This document shows, one piece after another, positions 47,898 to 57,701 of a stretch of DNA of 64,000 nucleotides (positions within the stretch are counted from its first letter, which is position 1; the number at the start of each line of letters is the position of its first letter). Source of the stretch: Bacillota bacterium (GTDB lineage: Bacteria > Bacillota > Clostridia > Acetivibrionales > DTU013); contig JAEZCA010000041.1 of assembly GCA_023412665.1 (NCBI GenBank), positions 2,058 to 66,057 of the forward strand, in the 5' to 3' direction. The notes beneath the pieces were generated by a model that did not search any database, was not told the DNA's origin, and saw nothing but the letters and a program-made list of their open reading frames with translations. Position numbers and translations under genes: made by a program.

Positions 47898-47990
47898 ACT
47901 TGACCGGGGATTGAGCGCTTGCTTATTTTCACTTGACCGGGGGATTGGGGGCTTGTTGATTTTCACTTGACCGGGGATTGGGAGCTTGCT
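47898..47990. repeat. Tandem repeat family A (3 copies of 33-34 bp)
   Basis: The unit ACTTGACCGGGGATTG[A/G]G[C/G/A]GCTTG[C/T]T... starts at 47898, 47931 and 47965. Confidence 0.85.
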
Positions 47991-48178
47991 GCTCAAAAAT
48001 GCAAGTTAAGGCAAGCAATTGCAGGTTGGATGCTCAAAAATGCAAGTAAAGGCAGCAATTGCAGGTTAGATGCTCAAAAATGCAAGTATAGGCAAGCATC
48101 TGTCGGTCGGATGCTCAAAAATGCAAGTTAAGGCGAGCAATTGCAGGTCGGATGCTCAAAAATGCAAGTTAAGGGGTA
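47991..48178. repeat. Tandem repeat family B (5 copies of 40-41 bp)
   Basis: The unit GCTCAAAAATGCAAGTTAAGGCAAGCAATTGCAGGTTGGAT starts at 47991, 48032, 48072, 48113 and 48154. Four of the five units contain the 8-bp palindrome GCAATTGC or a close variant. A degenerate partial copy lies near 48197 and an inverted core at 48311-48325. Confidence 0.85.
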
Positions 48179-48345
48179 GTGATTGTAATAAAAGAAGCTC
48201 AAAATTGCTGGATTAGGGGTAGATACCTGTGTTTAACTCCATTATCTATTATCAAAACTCCATAAATATAGCTGGTTAGCACAAAAACAGCTCCAATAAT
48301 TTCCCATTTATTGCATGTTTGAGCAGTGCGGTGTAAAATTTATTT

Positions 48346-49215
48346 ATGAAGGGTTATTTAAGTCATTTTTCAGCGGTTAAAATATGGGATATACCATACA
48401 TAGAAGCTATCCTCGGTAATGAAATAGCAAAAATCAATTCGGATGAAATGACTGTTTTCGAGCAGAATCAGCGATTTAACATTAATGGCAAAAAGGTCCA
48501 TTCGTGTAAGATTGCTCTTCCGGCCGGTGCAGTGACAGTTCGAAACGGAATGACAGTATCATCACCGGAGCTTTTGTTCTTGGAACTTGCTGGAAAATTA
48601 AGTATTTTTCGCTTAATTCTGCTGGGCTTGCAGTTATGTTCATATCCTCCGGGTAAACCATCTGATGCAATAACAACAAAGCAGAAACTCACTGCATTTC
48701 ATGCAAAGGCTGCCGGACACCGTGGATATAGAAAAGCCGAACGTGCGTTGAAGTATGTGGAAAACGGCTCAGCTTCAATCATGGAATCGATCGCTTATAT
48801 GATTCTGGGTCTGCCGCATACACTGGGAGGCTACGGGCTTAATGGCGCTGTTTTCAATCGTGAGATAAGCTTAACAGTTGAAGCGCAGGAGCAGCTAGGA
48901 CAAAATTGCTGTTTTGTGGATCTATACTATAAAAAGGCGAGGTTGGCAGTTGAATATGAGAGTTTTGCTCACCATAACAGCCCGGCGGAGCAGGGGAAAG
49001 ATTATGTGCGGGCGGAGGTCCTTAAAAAGCAGGGTATTGAGGTGATGCATCTGAGTACAATACAGCTATACAACAAAGACGCTTGCCGAAATTTTGCCTA
49101 TAATCTCGCAACCCGACTTGGGAAGCGTATGCAAATTCGTACAAAGAAGTTTGAAGAGATGCATGCTTCGTTAAGAGCTCTGCTGCCAAATCAGAAATTA
49201 TCAGTTCAAAAATGA
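48346..49215 (+). CDS. Hypothetical protein with a C-terminal DUF559/Vsr-like endonuclease-type region
   Basis: 289 aa. The C-terminal 'CFVDLYYKKARLAVEYESFAHH...GKDYVRAEVLKKQGIEVMHL' resembles the DUF559 fold pattern (D...E-x-D/E...H). The N-terminal part was not recognised. Confidence 0.45.
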   Translation: MKGYLSHFSAVKIWDIPYIEAILGNEIAKINSDEMTVFEQNQRFNINGKKVHSCKIALPAGAVTVRNGMTVSSPELLFLELAGKLSIFRLILLGLQLCSYPPGKPSDAITTKQKLTAFHAKAAGHRGYRKAERALKYVENGSASIMESIAYMILGLPHTLGGYGLNGAVFNREISLTVEAQEQLGQNCCFVDLYYKKARLAVEYESFAHHNSPAEQGKDYVRAEVLKKQGIEVMHLSTIQLYNKDACRNFAYNLATRLGKRMQIRTKKFEEMHASLRALLPNQKLSVQK

Positions 49216-49336
49216 ATAAGCATGAAGAGGCCCGCTGAGTGAGCAAATTCCAGCAGATAATTCAAACTAGGGAAGATGAGTCCCAGCAATAAGATCTACA
49301 TGTAGTACAGTCGGAGCTTTGTGGACTAAATGCAAT

Positions 49337-49367
49337 AAAGGAGCAGTTTTTAAATAACTGCTCCTTT
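49337..49367. terminator. Bidirectional terminator between convergent genes
   Basis: AAAGGAGCAGTT-N7-AACTGCTCCTTT is a perfect 12-bp stem, with T-rich flanks on both strands. Confidence 0.65.
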
Positions 49368-49416
49368 CATATTTTTGCTGCTCATCTATCACTTTTGTAT
49401 TTCCAGTACGGAATGT

Positions 49417-50592
49417 CTATTCGCGGAAAGCCTTCTTGAGCTTCTCAAGGGCGCTTTCCAGAATGGATGCGGGGCATGCAATGTTAATGCGTTGAAAGCC
49501 CTCTCCACCGGCACCGAAGATGGTTCCGGCGTCAAGCCACAGGCCTGCCTTGTGTATGATCAGCTTATCCAGCTCGCTGTCCGATAGCTCCAGAGCGCGG
49601 CAGTCAAGCCAGATCAGATACGTACCCTCCGGTTCGATTAGCCTGATAGACGGAAGCTCCTTCGCCAGGAAATCCCTTGCGAGGCTGAGGTTTGATGAGA
49701 GGTAGACCTTCAGCTCCTCCAGCCACGGAGCGCCGTACTTATAGGCGGCTCTGCATGCTGCAAGCCCCATTACATTGGGTTGGCTGTAGCCGGTTCTGTC
49801 GATTTCCAGCTTGAACTGTTTACGCATGCCGGTGTTGGATATAAAAATATTTGAAATCTGCAGGCCCGCCAGGTTAAATGTCTTGCTGGGCGCTGTGCAG
49901 GTAATGGTAATCTCCGAAAACTCGGGCTTGATTGCCTCAAAAACCTCATGGCGGTGCCCGGGGTAGACAAAATCGGCGTGAATTTCATCCGAAACCACCT
50001 TGACGCCGTGCTTTACACAGATATCACCCATTGCGGTCAGCTCATCCCTTGTCCATACACGCCCGACCGGGTTATGAGGACTGCAGAGTATAAACATCTT
50101 CACCTGATTCGCGACCACTTTGCTTTCAAAGTCAGCCAGATCTATGGAATATTTGCCGTCATGATACACAAGCTCGTTGACTACCAGCTTGCGGTCGTTT
50201 ACGAGTATTGATGATCTAAAAGGATAGTAAACCGGCTCCTGGATCAAGATAGCGTCACCCTCATTGGTCAGCGAGCGGATGGCGGTGCAAATGGCGTACA
50301 CAACACTGGGTGTCTTAACGAGGGATTTGGAAGAAGGATGCCAGTCGAAGCGGTCGGCATACCAGCCGGCCAGGGCGTTGAAATAATCGTCGCCGGCAGA
50401 ATCACTGTATCCGAAGATCCCGTGACAGCTTTTTTCAGCCAGTACCTCCAGTACCTCCGGCGGGGCCTGAAAATCCATATCAGCCACCCACAGCGGGAGG
50501 ATATCCTCAGGCATTCCTCTTCTTGCGGCAAAGTCATACTTCAATGAGTCTGTTCCGCGACGTTCGATGATTTTATCAAAAGAATATGTCAT
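49417..50592 (-). CDS. PatB/MalY-type PLP-dependent C-S lyase (cystathionine beta-lyase/aminotransferase class I-II)
   Basis: 391 aa with 'LCSPHNPVGRVW' and the PLP-Lys motif 'APSKTFNLAGL'. Confidence 0.85.
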   Translation of the reverse strand: MTYSFDKIIERRGTDSLKYDFAARRGMPEDILPLWVADMDFQAPPEVLEVLAEKSCHGIFGYSDSAGDDYFNALAGWYADRFDWHPSSKSLVKTPSVVYAICTAIRSLTNEGDAILIQEPVYYPFRSSILVNDRKLVVNELVYHDGKYSIDLADFESKVVANQVKMFILCSPHNPVGRVWTRDELTAMGDICVKHGVKVVSDEIHADFVYPGHRHEVFEAIKPEFSEITITCTAPSKTFNLAGLQISNIFISNTGMRKQFKLEIDRTGYSQPNVMGLAACRAAYKYGAPWLEELKVYLSSNLSLARDFLAKELPSIRLIEPEGTYLIWLDCRALELSDSELDKLIIHKAGLWLDAGTIFGAGGEGFQRINIACPASILESALEKLKKAFRE

Positions 50593-51734
50593 ATCCTATT
50601 TACCTCCAAAGCCTGCTTCAGATCCTCAATAAGGTCTCCTGCGGATTCAAGCCCGACGGAAAGCCGCAGCAGACGTTCATTTATGCCCTTGGCTTCGCGA
50701 GCCTCCCTTGGTATGTCGGCGTGGGTCTGCAGCATTGGGTATGTAATAAGGCTTTCCACTCCTCCCAGGCTTTCTGCGTACTGAATCACCCGTACACTCT
50801 CCAGAAGTCTGAGTGCAGTACTCTCACAATCCGTTTCAAAGGAAATCATGGCTCCGAAACCGGTTGTCTGTTTCCTTGAAATCTCATAGTGAGGGTGGGA
50901 GGGAAGCCCCGCGTAGTGCACAGCTTTGATTCTTTCATGTGAACTAAGCCACTGTGCTATTTTTAGCGCGCTCTCCTGCTGCCGTTCCATACGGACGGCC
51001 AATGTTTTGATCCCGCGGATCATTAGCCAGCTGTCGAAGGGGGAAAGGCAGGCGCCTGTCGTTTTATAAATGAAGCGCAGCCGCTCTGACAGAGCACTGG
51101 CGGAAACCACCAGAAAACCAGCCAGTGTGTCGTTGTGCCCACCTAAATATTTCGTGCCGCTGTGGACCACAATGTCCGCTCCAAGCTCAAGAGGCTTTTG
51201 AAAATACGGCGTTAGAAAAGTATTGTCCACGATCATCAGCAGACTGTGTTTTTTGCAGAGCGCCGAGACAGCGGCTAGATCTGTGACCTGCATCATCGGA
51301 TTTGTCGGTGTTTCAATGAAGACAGCCCTTGTCTCAGGTCTAATGCATGAGGCAACCATTGAAACATCCGAGGTATCGACAAGGTTAAAGGTGAGGCCGT
51401 TTTTCATCGAAATGCGGTGGAACAGTCGGTGAGATCCGCCGTACAGATCGTCCGAAGCAATAATATGGTCTCCGGGGCAAAAGAGCTCCATCAGCGCTGT
51501 GACAGCGGCCATGCCTGTAGAAAATGCCATGGCATCGCTACCGTTTTCAAGCTTTTTAATGGTATTCTCTAGATGCTCCCTGGTCGGATTCTGTAGTCTG
51601 GAATAGTCGTATCCCGTACTCAGCCCGACACCGGGGTGCGCAAAGGTGGCCGACTGAAAAATCGGTACACTGACAGCACCTGTCGTATCATATTTATTAT
51701 CGCTTCCATGAATGCATAATGTATTAAACTCCAT
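50589..51734 (-). CDS. Cys/Met-metabolism PLP enzyme (cystathionine gamma-synthase/gamma-lyase, MetB/MccB type)
   Basis: 381 aa with the PLP-Lys motif 'HSGTKYLGGHND' and C-terminal 'LLRLSVGLE'. Confidence 0.85.
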   Translation of the reverse strand: MEFNTLCIHGSDNKYDTTGAVSVPIFQSATFAHPGVGLSTGYDYSRLQNPTREHLENTIKKLENGSDAMAFSTGMAAVTALMELFCPGDHIIASDDLYGGSHRLFHRISMKNGLTFNLVDTSDVSMVASCIRPETRAVFIETPTNPMMQVTDLAAVSALCKKHSLLMIVDNTFLTPYFQKPLELGADIVVHSGTKYLGGHNDTLAGFLVVSASALSERLRFIYKTTGACLSPFDSWLMIRGIKTLAVRMERQQESALKIAQWLSSHERIKAVHYAGLPSHPHYEISRKQTTGFGAMISFETDCESTALRLLESVRVIQYAESLGGVESLITYPMLQTHADIPREAREAKGINERLLRLSVGLESAGDLIEDLKQALEVNRI

Positions 51735-51764
51735 AAGCTTCTCCTGTCATGAGGTTATATGCGG

Positions 51765-52211
51765 TTATATATAGTACATAATTGAACGTTCCTGCTTGTG
51801 CTTTTCGGCCTCTGTGACCAAATCCTCAAGGGTGACCCGGGACAATGCGTCGTTGACTGATTTGTCCATGGTATCAAAAACATACGAGCGCAAGGCCGCC
51901 TCGATATCAGGCGCTTTTTCCGGCACAGTGTCTTCCGCTGCCTCAAATAAAGAGGTTTCAACAGCCGACAGCACGTCCAGAACAGTTATCTGCCCGGGCA
52001 TTCGGACAAGCTGATAGCCGCCCTGTGCGCCCTTGACCGATTTGACAATTTCGCCGCGCTTTAGCATCGAAAAGACCTGCTCCAGATAAATTTTTGAGAT
52101 GCCCAGCCTCTCGGAGATGCTGATGACCGTAATATATTCACCATTGTTATACTGCTGGGCCATATTTATAACGGCTGCCAGCGCGTATCGTCCCTTGGCG
52201 GAGATTCTCAT
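51765..52211 (-). CDS. Rrf2-family regulator, cysteine-free (CymR-like)
   Basis: N-terminal wHTH 'MRISAKGRYALAAVINMA...ISERLGISKIYLEQVF'. There is no Cys anywhere in the 148 aa, so it is not an Fe-S-type Rrf2. It heads the sulfur-amino-acid operon. Confidence 0.85.
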   Translation of the reverse strand: MRISAKGRYALAAVINMAQQYNNGEYITVISISERLGISKIYLEQVFSMLKRGEIVKSVKGAQGGYQLVRMPGQITVLDVLSAVETSLFEAAEDTVPEKAPDIEAALRSYVFDTMDKSVNDALSRVTLEDLVTEAEKHKQERSIMYYI

Positions 52212-52324
52212 AGCAAATTCCTCATTTCATATATAATTAGTATGTATTCATATAATAGGATATAACATAGTATTTGTCAATAGCATACAATTCATATATG
52301 GTATATATTTTTTTAATAAAGCTA

Positions 52325-52353
52325 TTGACAATATTTGTGTAACGCAGTATGAT
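52325..52353 (+). promoter_or_regulatory. Sigma-A-type promoter candidate for cysK
   Basis: TTGACA (52325-52330), a 17-nt spacer, then TATGAT (52348-52353). Confidence 0.5.
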
Positions 52354-52481
52354 AGCTATAGTATACTAAACATATATGAATTATATGAACAGAATTGACC
52401 GGGTCTTTTAAAAAACTAATTAGGTTAAGTTATCAATATCAAGGTATAATTAAAATGTGAGTTAATTAAGGAGGATGTGTT

Positions 52482-53414
52482 ATGTCGAAAATTTTTAAGA
52501 ACCTTACCGATCTGATTGGAAAAACGCCGCTGCTTGAGCTTTCCAATTATGAAAAAAAGCATAAGCTGGGAGCGACTGTCATAGGAAAGCTGGAGTACTT
52601 CAATCCGGCGGGCAGTGTGAAGGACAGGATCGCCAAGGCGATGATTGAAGACGCCGAGGCCAAAGGGCTGTTGAATTCCGAGTCTGTCATTATAGAGCCG
52701 ACCAGCGGCAACACCGGTATAGGCCTTGCTTCAGTTGCCGCATCACGCAGTTACCGCATCATCCTCACAATGCCTGAGACTATGAGCGTCGAGCGCAGAA
52801 ACCTTTTGAAGGCATATGGAGCTGAGTTGGTTCTGACCGAGGGCTCCAAGGGAATGTCGGGCGCCATCGCAAAGGCAAAGGAACTGGCAGCAGAAATCCC
52901 GAACTCCTTTATCCCGGGCCAATTTGTAAACCCCGCAAACCCCAAGGTACACAGAGAAACCACCGGCCCTGAGATATGGGATGATACAGACGGCAAGGTA
53001 GACATCCTGGTTTCTGGAATCGGCACCGGCGGCACTATCACCGGCGCAGGTGAATATCTGAAGTCAAAGAATCCAAATGTCAAGGTAGTCGCAGTAGAGC
53101 CGGAGGCATCACCGGTATTATCCGGCGGCAAACCTGGACCCCATAAGATCCAGGGCATCGGAGCCGGCTTTATCCCTGATGTTTTAAATACAAAGGTATT
53201 CGATGAGATTATTCAGGTGAAAAACGAAGATGCTTTTGAAGCCGGCCGCGAGCTGTCCAGGACCGAAGGCCTACTGATCGGCATATCCTCCGGCGCCGCA
53301 GTCTGGGCAGCAACCGAGCTTGCCAAACGCCCCGAAAACGCCGGAAAGACTATAGTAGTCATTCTGCCGGACACCGGCGAACGCTACCTCTCAACACCAC
53401 TGTTCTCCGAATAA
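52482..53414 (+). CDS. cysK: Cysteine synthase A (O-acetylserine sulfhydrylase)
   Basis: 310 aa with PLP-Lys '[11 protein letters not shown]', '[12 protein letters not shown]' and '[10 protein letters not shown]'. Confidence 0.95.
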   Translation: MSKIFKNLTDLIGKTPLLELSNYEKKHKLGATVIGKLEYFNPAGSVKDRIAKAMIEDAEAKGLLNSESVIIEPTSGNTGIGLASVAASRSYRIILTMPETMSVERRNLLKAYGAELVLTEGSKGMSGAIAKAKELAAEIPNSFIPGQFVNPANPKVHRETTGPEIWDDTDGKVDILVSGIGTGGTITGAGEYLKSKNPNVKVVAVEPEASPVLSGGKPGPHKIQGIGAGFIPDVLNTKVFDEIIQVKNEDAFEAGRELSRTEGLLIGISSGAAVWAATELAKRPENAGKTIVVILPDTGERYLSTPLFSE

Positions 53415-53433
53415 TAAATACTTTGTGTGATAT

Positions 53434-53470
53434 GAGGAGCCGCCTGCACGAATGGGACGGCTCCTTTTTG
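53434..53470 (+). terminator. Rho-independent terminator after cysK
   Basis: GAGGAGCCG-N15-CGGCTCCT followed by TTTTG. Confidence 0.65.
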
Positions 53471-53681
53471 ATGGCACGCAGTTCAGATTATGTTAACAGA
53501 GTAGGACTTTGTGACCGAAGCCATGGGCGGCAGGTTTGGCATAAATATAAAAGGCGACGGCTCCTTTTATTTTGCGTACAGTATGTACATAGCATTATTT
53601 GAAAAATCTTAACATTTTATAACTCTTATCTTTGAAACACCTCTTCATAATGGAATAAAAACCGATGAAGAGGTGCCATTT

Positions 53682-54647
53682 ATGTCAGCAACAGACGGAA
53701 GGACCAATGGAACCACCAGTCCAGAAACCTATAGCAGAGATAGCCACAGAATCAATAGAAGAAGGAATAGGAGAATCATTAGTAACACATTAGTATTCCT
53801 TTCAGTTATATTAATTTCTTCCGTGCTTTATCTCGAATCAGGCCACAATGCATTTAGCATAATAGAAGCAAAGCCGGGCTATGGATCATTTAAGAATGGG
53901 ATGGATATAATTGAGACCAGGCAAACTGGTATATCCAAGGTCGGCCAGTCACAGGTGCATTTACCCGAGCTCGATTTATCGAATGAGCTCATGCTTGTTA
54001 ATTCCGAAAACACAATAGATGAGGATTTTGCTGCTGAGCTTTCTTCTGCATATCGCGTCGTTCCGCTTTCCACAAGCGACATACAAATGAACGAAGCTGT
54101 TCTGGAGGCTGTGGCAGACATGTTTGAGAAAGCAAGGGAGAAAGGCTACAAGGATTTCTTCGTCAATAGCGGGTTCAGATCCTATCAGAAGCAAAAGGAG
54201 CTGTACGACAGCTCAAAAGACAAAAGCTTTGTGCAGCTGCCGGGCGCCAGCGAGCATCAGACGGGGTATGCCCTCGATATAGCATATAACGGGCTGACCG
54301 GTGATTCCCCTCAAGGAAAATGGCTTATGGAAAACGCTCATAAATACGGCTTTATCCTAAGATACCCGGAAGACAAGACCGAAATAACAAAAATCAGCTA
54401 CGAGCCCTGGCATTACCGCTATGTGGGCATTCCACATGCGTATTACTGTTACGAAAGCAATTTGTGCCTCGAGGAATATGTCAACTTTCTTGCAATGGGC
54501 GGCAGCTATTCGATATCTATTGACAAAACAGTCTATACTGTATATTATGCAACTGAAAACGATGGTTTCATCGATGTTCCGGCAGATAAAGCATGCAAGG
54601 TCTCGTCAGATAACATGGGCGGGTATGCTGTGGTGATAATGGGGTGA
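53682..54647 (+). CDS. VanY-family D-alanyl-D-alanine carboxypeptidase (peptidase M15B), membrane anchored
   Basis: 'SGFRSYQKQ', 'ASEHQTGYALD' and 'EPWHYRYVG' are the Zn-ligand and catalytic motifs. TM anchor 'LVFLSVILISSVLYL'. ATG 53682 follows GAAGAGGTG. Confidence 0.85.
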   Translation: MSATDGRTNGTTSPETYSRDSHRINRRRNRRIISNTLVFLSVILISSVLYLESGHNAFSIIEAKPGYGSFKNGMDIIETRQTGISKVGQSQVHLPELDLSNELMLVNSENTIDEDFAAELSSAYRVVPLSTSDIQMNEAVLEAVADMFEKAREKGYKDFFVNSGFRSYQKQKELYDSSKDKSFVQLPGASEHQTGYALDIAYNGLTGDSPQGKWLMENAHKYGFILRYPEDKTEITKISYEPWHYRYVGIPHAYYCYESNLCLEEYVNFLAMGGSYSISIDKTVYTVYYATENDGFIDVPADKACKVSSDNMGGYAVVIMG

Positions 54648-54651
54648 GTCT

Positions 54652-55374
54652 TTGGACTATAACGTGGGCTATAACGTATTGATATGTGATGACGACAGGG
54701 ACATATTAAATGCACTGGAAATATACCTGAAGCAGGACGGATACAATGTGATAAAGGCCGAAAACGGCGTACAGGCTATGGAAGTATTAAAAGCCTCAGT
54801 TGTACACCTGATCCTGCTTGATGTAATGATGCCGCTAATGGATGGCATCATGACTGCCGTGAAAATCCGCGAGAACAACATCAACATACCGATCATATTC
54901 TTAAGCGCAAAAAGCGAGGATACGGACCGGGTGTTGGGCCTCAATATGGGCGGTGACGATTACGTTACAAAGCCCTTCAACACAGTCGAGCTGCTGGCCA
55001 GAGTAAAGGCGCATCTGCGGCGTTATGCCAGACTGGGCGGCATTGCGGAACAGGCCCCGGAGTCCCGGAACATATATACGACCGGCGGCCTTGTTGTCGA
55101 TGATAATAAAAAGCAGGTCACTGTTGACGGTGACGAAGTAGCGCTGACCGCAACGGAATATAACATATTAAAGCTGCTTGCCAGCAACCTGGAGCGTGTT
55201 TTTACTGCCAATCAAATATATGAAACGGTTTGGAATGAGCCTGCTTTTAATGTCGGTAAAATCATTTCGGTCCATATTCGGCACATCAGAGAAAAAATTG
55301 AAATCAACCCAAAAGAGCCAAGATACCTGAAAATCGTCTATGGTCTTGGATACAAGGTGGTGCAAATAGTTTGA
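54652..55374 (+). CDS. OmpR-family response regulator (VanR-like)
   Basis: REC 'VLICDDD...LILLDVMMP...LSAKS...TKPF' plus a winged helix 'IVYGLGYKV'. The track start is a TTG, so the start is uncertain. Confidence 0.85.
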   Translation: MDYNVGYNVLICDDDRDILNALEIYLKQDGYNVIKAENGVQAMEVLKASVVHLILLDVMMPLMDGIMTAVKIRENNINIPIIFLSAKSEDTDRVLGLNMGGDDYVTKPFNTVELLARVKAHLRRYARLGGIAEQAPESRNIYTTGGLVVDDNKKQVTVDGDEVALTATEYNILKLLASNLERVFTANQIYETVWNEPAFNVGKIISVHIRHIREKIEINPKEPRYLKIVYGLGYKVVQIV

Positions 55375-56738
55375 AGAAGCTTCTTAACTCTTATCTGTCA
55401 TTTACGCTTCTGTTGGCTGCTTTATATTGCTGTTCCTTCATAATAGCGTGCAATGCACTTCGTTCCTTTGGATATTATGCAAAAGTGCTGTTTCAGCGGA
55501 GCTTTGATTTAGGTGAATGGACGGCAGCTACTTTTGTGTTGGGCATTGTCCTGTTCGCCTTGCTTGCTGCATCAATATGGATCCTGAACGAAAACGGCAG
55601 GCTGAAGCTTTGGAAATCGTCAAAATTAGAGTTCATTGTCGTTTCAGTACTTATATTTTCAATGACCACTATGATTTTCATTATTGTGAGATACGGAAGA
55701 TTGATGAATACGCTTCTGAGAATCATAGCGTTTCCTTTGGCAGCCTACATTCTTTTTGCATTTTGGCTTATAAGGCTGATCGTATTCCTGCAGACAGGCG
55801 GCAAGTACAAGAAAATGTCCTGGTATAAATTCTATAAGCAGTTTCCAATCAAACAGCCGGTTTCTGTTTTTGTCACAATCCTTTCACTGATGTCATTTAT
55901 ATATTTGCTGTTTAATATAAATGTGGGCACTATTTTTCTGACATTAGCCCAGTTTGCTTTAGTAACTGCATTGGCCGAACATCTGTCAAGGTTTTCGGAG
56001 ATCAGGGCCGCCCAATTTGAGAAAATCGCCGAGGACAGGCTGAAATCCGAGAGATTGAAGACCGAACTCATTACCAATGTATCTCATGATATTAAAACGC
56101 CTATCACTTCCATAATAAACTATGCGGACCTTATCAGCAGAGAAAGCACCGAAAATGAGCTGCTAAAGGAATACACCTCGGTGATCCGCAAAAAGTCGCT
56201 GAGGCTGAAGTCCTTGATGGAGGATTTGATCGAGGCCAGTAAAGCGGGAACCGGCAACATAAAAATGAAGATGGAGACCATCAACTTCTGTGAGCTTCTG
56301 GGACAGATCATGGGTGAATTTGACGAGCAGCTGGATAAAAACCAGCTTCAGCTCGTAGCAAAGATCCCCGAGACGGCGGTAAGCATTCAGACTGATGGAA
56401 GGTATTTATGGAGGGTGCTGGAGAATATATTCTCCAATGCGGTCAAATACTCCATGAGCGGGACGCGTGTGTATGCCGATCTGTCTGCCGCTAGCGACAC
56501 AACCGCAGGCGGTATGCATATATTCACACTGAAGAACATTTCTAAGGACCCGTTGAATATTTCTGCGGACGAGCTCACCGAGCAATTCGTCAGGGGCGAC
56601 CGCGCCCGCTTCACCGAGGGCAACGGACTCGGGCTTTACATTGCAAAAAGCCTGACCGAAGCTATGGGCGGCCGGTTTAACATCAACATAAGCGGTGATC
56701 TTTTTGAAGTACAGATATCTTTCAAAGCGCCATACTAA
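55371..56738 (+). CDS. Membrane sensor histidine kinase (VanS-like)
   Basis: Multiple TM helices, H-box 'VSHDIKTPITS', 'NIFSNAVKYS' and 'GNGLGLYIAK'. The TTG start overlaps the regulator stop. Confidence 0.85.
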   Translation: MKKLLNSYLSFTLLLAALYCCSFIIACNALRSFGYYAKVLFQRSFDLGEWTAATFVLGIVLFALLAASIWILNENGRLKLWKSSKLEFIVVSVLIFSMTTMIFIIVRYGRLMNTLLRIIAFPLAAYILFAFWLIRLIVFLQTGGKYKKMSWYKFYKQFPIKQPVSVFVTILSLMSFIYLLFNINVGTIFLTLAQFALVTALAEHLSRFSEIRAAQFEKIAEDRLKSERLKTELITNVSHDIKTPITSIINYADLISRESTENELLKEYTSVIRKKSLRLKSLMEDLIEASKAGTGNIKMKMETINFCELLGQIMGEFDEQLDKNQLQLVAKIPETAVSIQTDGRYLWRVLENIFSNAVKYSMSGTRVYADLSAASDTTAGGMHIFTLKNISKDPLNISADELTEQFVRGDRARFTEGNGLGLYIAKSLTEAMGGRFNINISGDLFEVQISFKAPY

Positions 56739-56772
56739 TGTAAATGCTAGCTGGAGGAATTCCTCAAGGGGC

Positions 56773-57090
56773 CTATTTCCGGCTCATAATACCATTCTTT
56801 TCAAGGAAATTTTCATCTTTATCAATGAGATCCAAAAGCCTTTGTGCCGGCCCCTCAGGTATGTTTTTACCTGCCTCCCATGCTTCTACTGTTTTAATGG
56901 ATACACCTAAAACAGCGGCCAGTGATTTTTGTGTCATGTTTTGCTTCAGGCGTATTTCTCTTATTTTGGTTCCGTGGAACTGTGGAAGGGCAGCAATATA
57001 TATATGCCTGGATTTTGCTGTTTTCAATTCACCTTTTTCGTATTGTATAGCTTCATTTATGCCTTTTATAATGCTATCGTATACTCCCAT
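56773..57090 (-). CDS. higA: HigA-2-like antitoxin (XRE-type HTH in the C-terminal half)
   Basis: 105 aa with HTH 'MTQKSLAAVLGVSIKTVEAWEAG'. It lies 4 nt downstream of the toxin gene, in the toxin-first HigBA order. Confidence 0.75.
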   Translation of the reverse strand: MGVYDSIIKGINEAIQYEKGELKTAKSRHIYIAALPQFHGTKIREIRLKQNMTQKSLAAVLGVSIKTVEAWEAGKNIPEGPAQRLLDLIDKDENFLEKNGIMSRK

Positions 57091-57094
57091 TCCA

Positions 57095-57436
57095 TCACTT
57101 CCTTCTCAATTCTTCCTCAAGAAGTTTAATAAGCTTTTTTACTTCATTACGTTCCTCTTTCGAAAGATTATCCTTTTCATTCTTAGCATATGCAGAAATC
57201 AGATACAATTTTTCATAATAAACAAAATCCACGTATATAACACGTATGCTGCCGCTTTTTCCCCTGTTTGGCAGCGCCCATCTTAGCTTTCTTAATCCAC
57301 CTGTTCCTTCCAAAATGCTACCGCTCTCTGGATTTATACACAAATGATATTCCAGATCAGCTAAATCATCTTCAGTAAGGCCAAAATTGCTCCAGCATTT
57401 CTCGAACTCCGGTAACCTTACAAATTCTCTATACAT
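57095..57436 (-). CDS. higB: HigB-2/RelE-superfamily type II toxin
   Basis: 'EGTGGLRKLRWALPNRGKSGSIRVIYV...LYLISAYAKNEKDNLS' closely parallels Vibrio HigB-2 'GTGGLRKIRVA...GGSRIIYY...YLLTIYGKNEMSDL' (recalled from memory). Confidence 0.7.
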   Translation of the reverse strand: MYREFVRLPEFEKCWSNFGLTEDDLADLEYHLCINPESGSILEGTGGLRKLRWALPNRGKSGSIRVIYVDFVYYEKLYLISAYAKNEKDNLSKEERNEVKKLIKLLEEELRRK

Positions 57437-57701
57437 CTAGACTCCTACAAGTATTATACCCTATTTAATAGGATATAATCAATGAATTATTATGTATAAA
57501 TGTGACATGTAAAACAATACCTTATTCAGCTTTATCTTCAAAAAGTCTACCACTTATGTCAAAAACATTCAATATATCTGTCGTGCTTATAACAGATTGA
57601 TCAGTGGAGCATTTGAGTATAAAGAAGGATATTAAGTATTTATATGGCGGATCTCTATCAGCCTTTTCATAATTTTTCCATGTCATATCTTATTATAGGC
57701 C

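Noticed and set aside
47805-47996. 63-aa minus-strand ORF with repetitive 'PIPGQ/PIPRS' sequence
   Set aside because: It is simply the translation of tandem repeat family A, with no start context. It is a repeat artefact, not a gene.
47898-48178. Possible CRISPR array
   Set aside because: The repeat units abut each other with no unique spacers, there are two different unit families, and no cas genes are in the window.
52212-52481. T-box or S-box leader in front of cysK or the cymR operon
   Set aside because: The predicted cysK leader is only ~120 nt and very AT-rich, with no specifier or antiterminator-like or SAM-box motifs. The short inverted 'TTCATATAT/ATATATGAA' repeats may be Rrf2 operators, but I cannot support this.
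53455-53569. Repeated 'GACGGCTCCTTTT' string after cysK (53455-53468 and ~53556-53569)
   Set aside because: The first copy is the descending arm of the cysK terminator. The second lacks a convincing complementary arm. It is probably a degenerate terminator remnant and too short to interpret.
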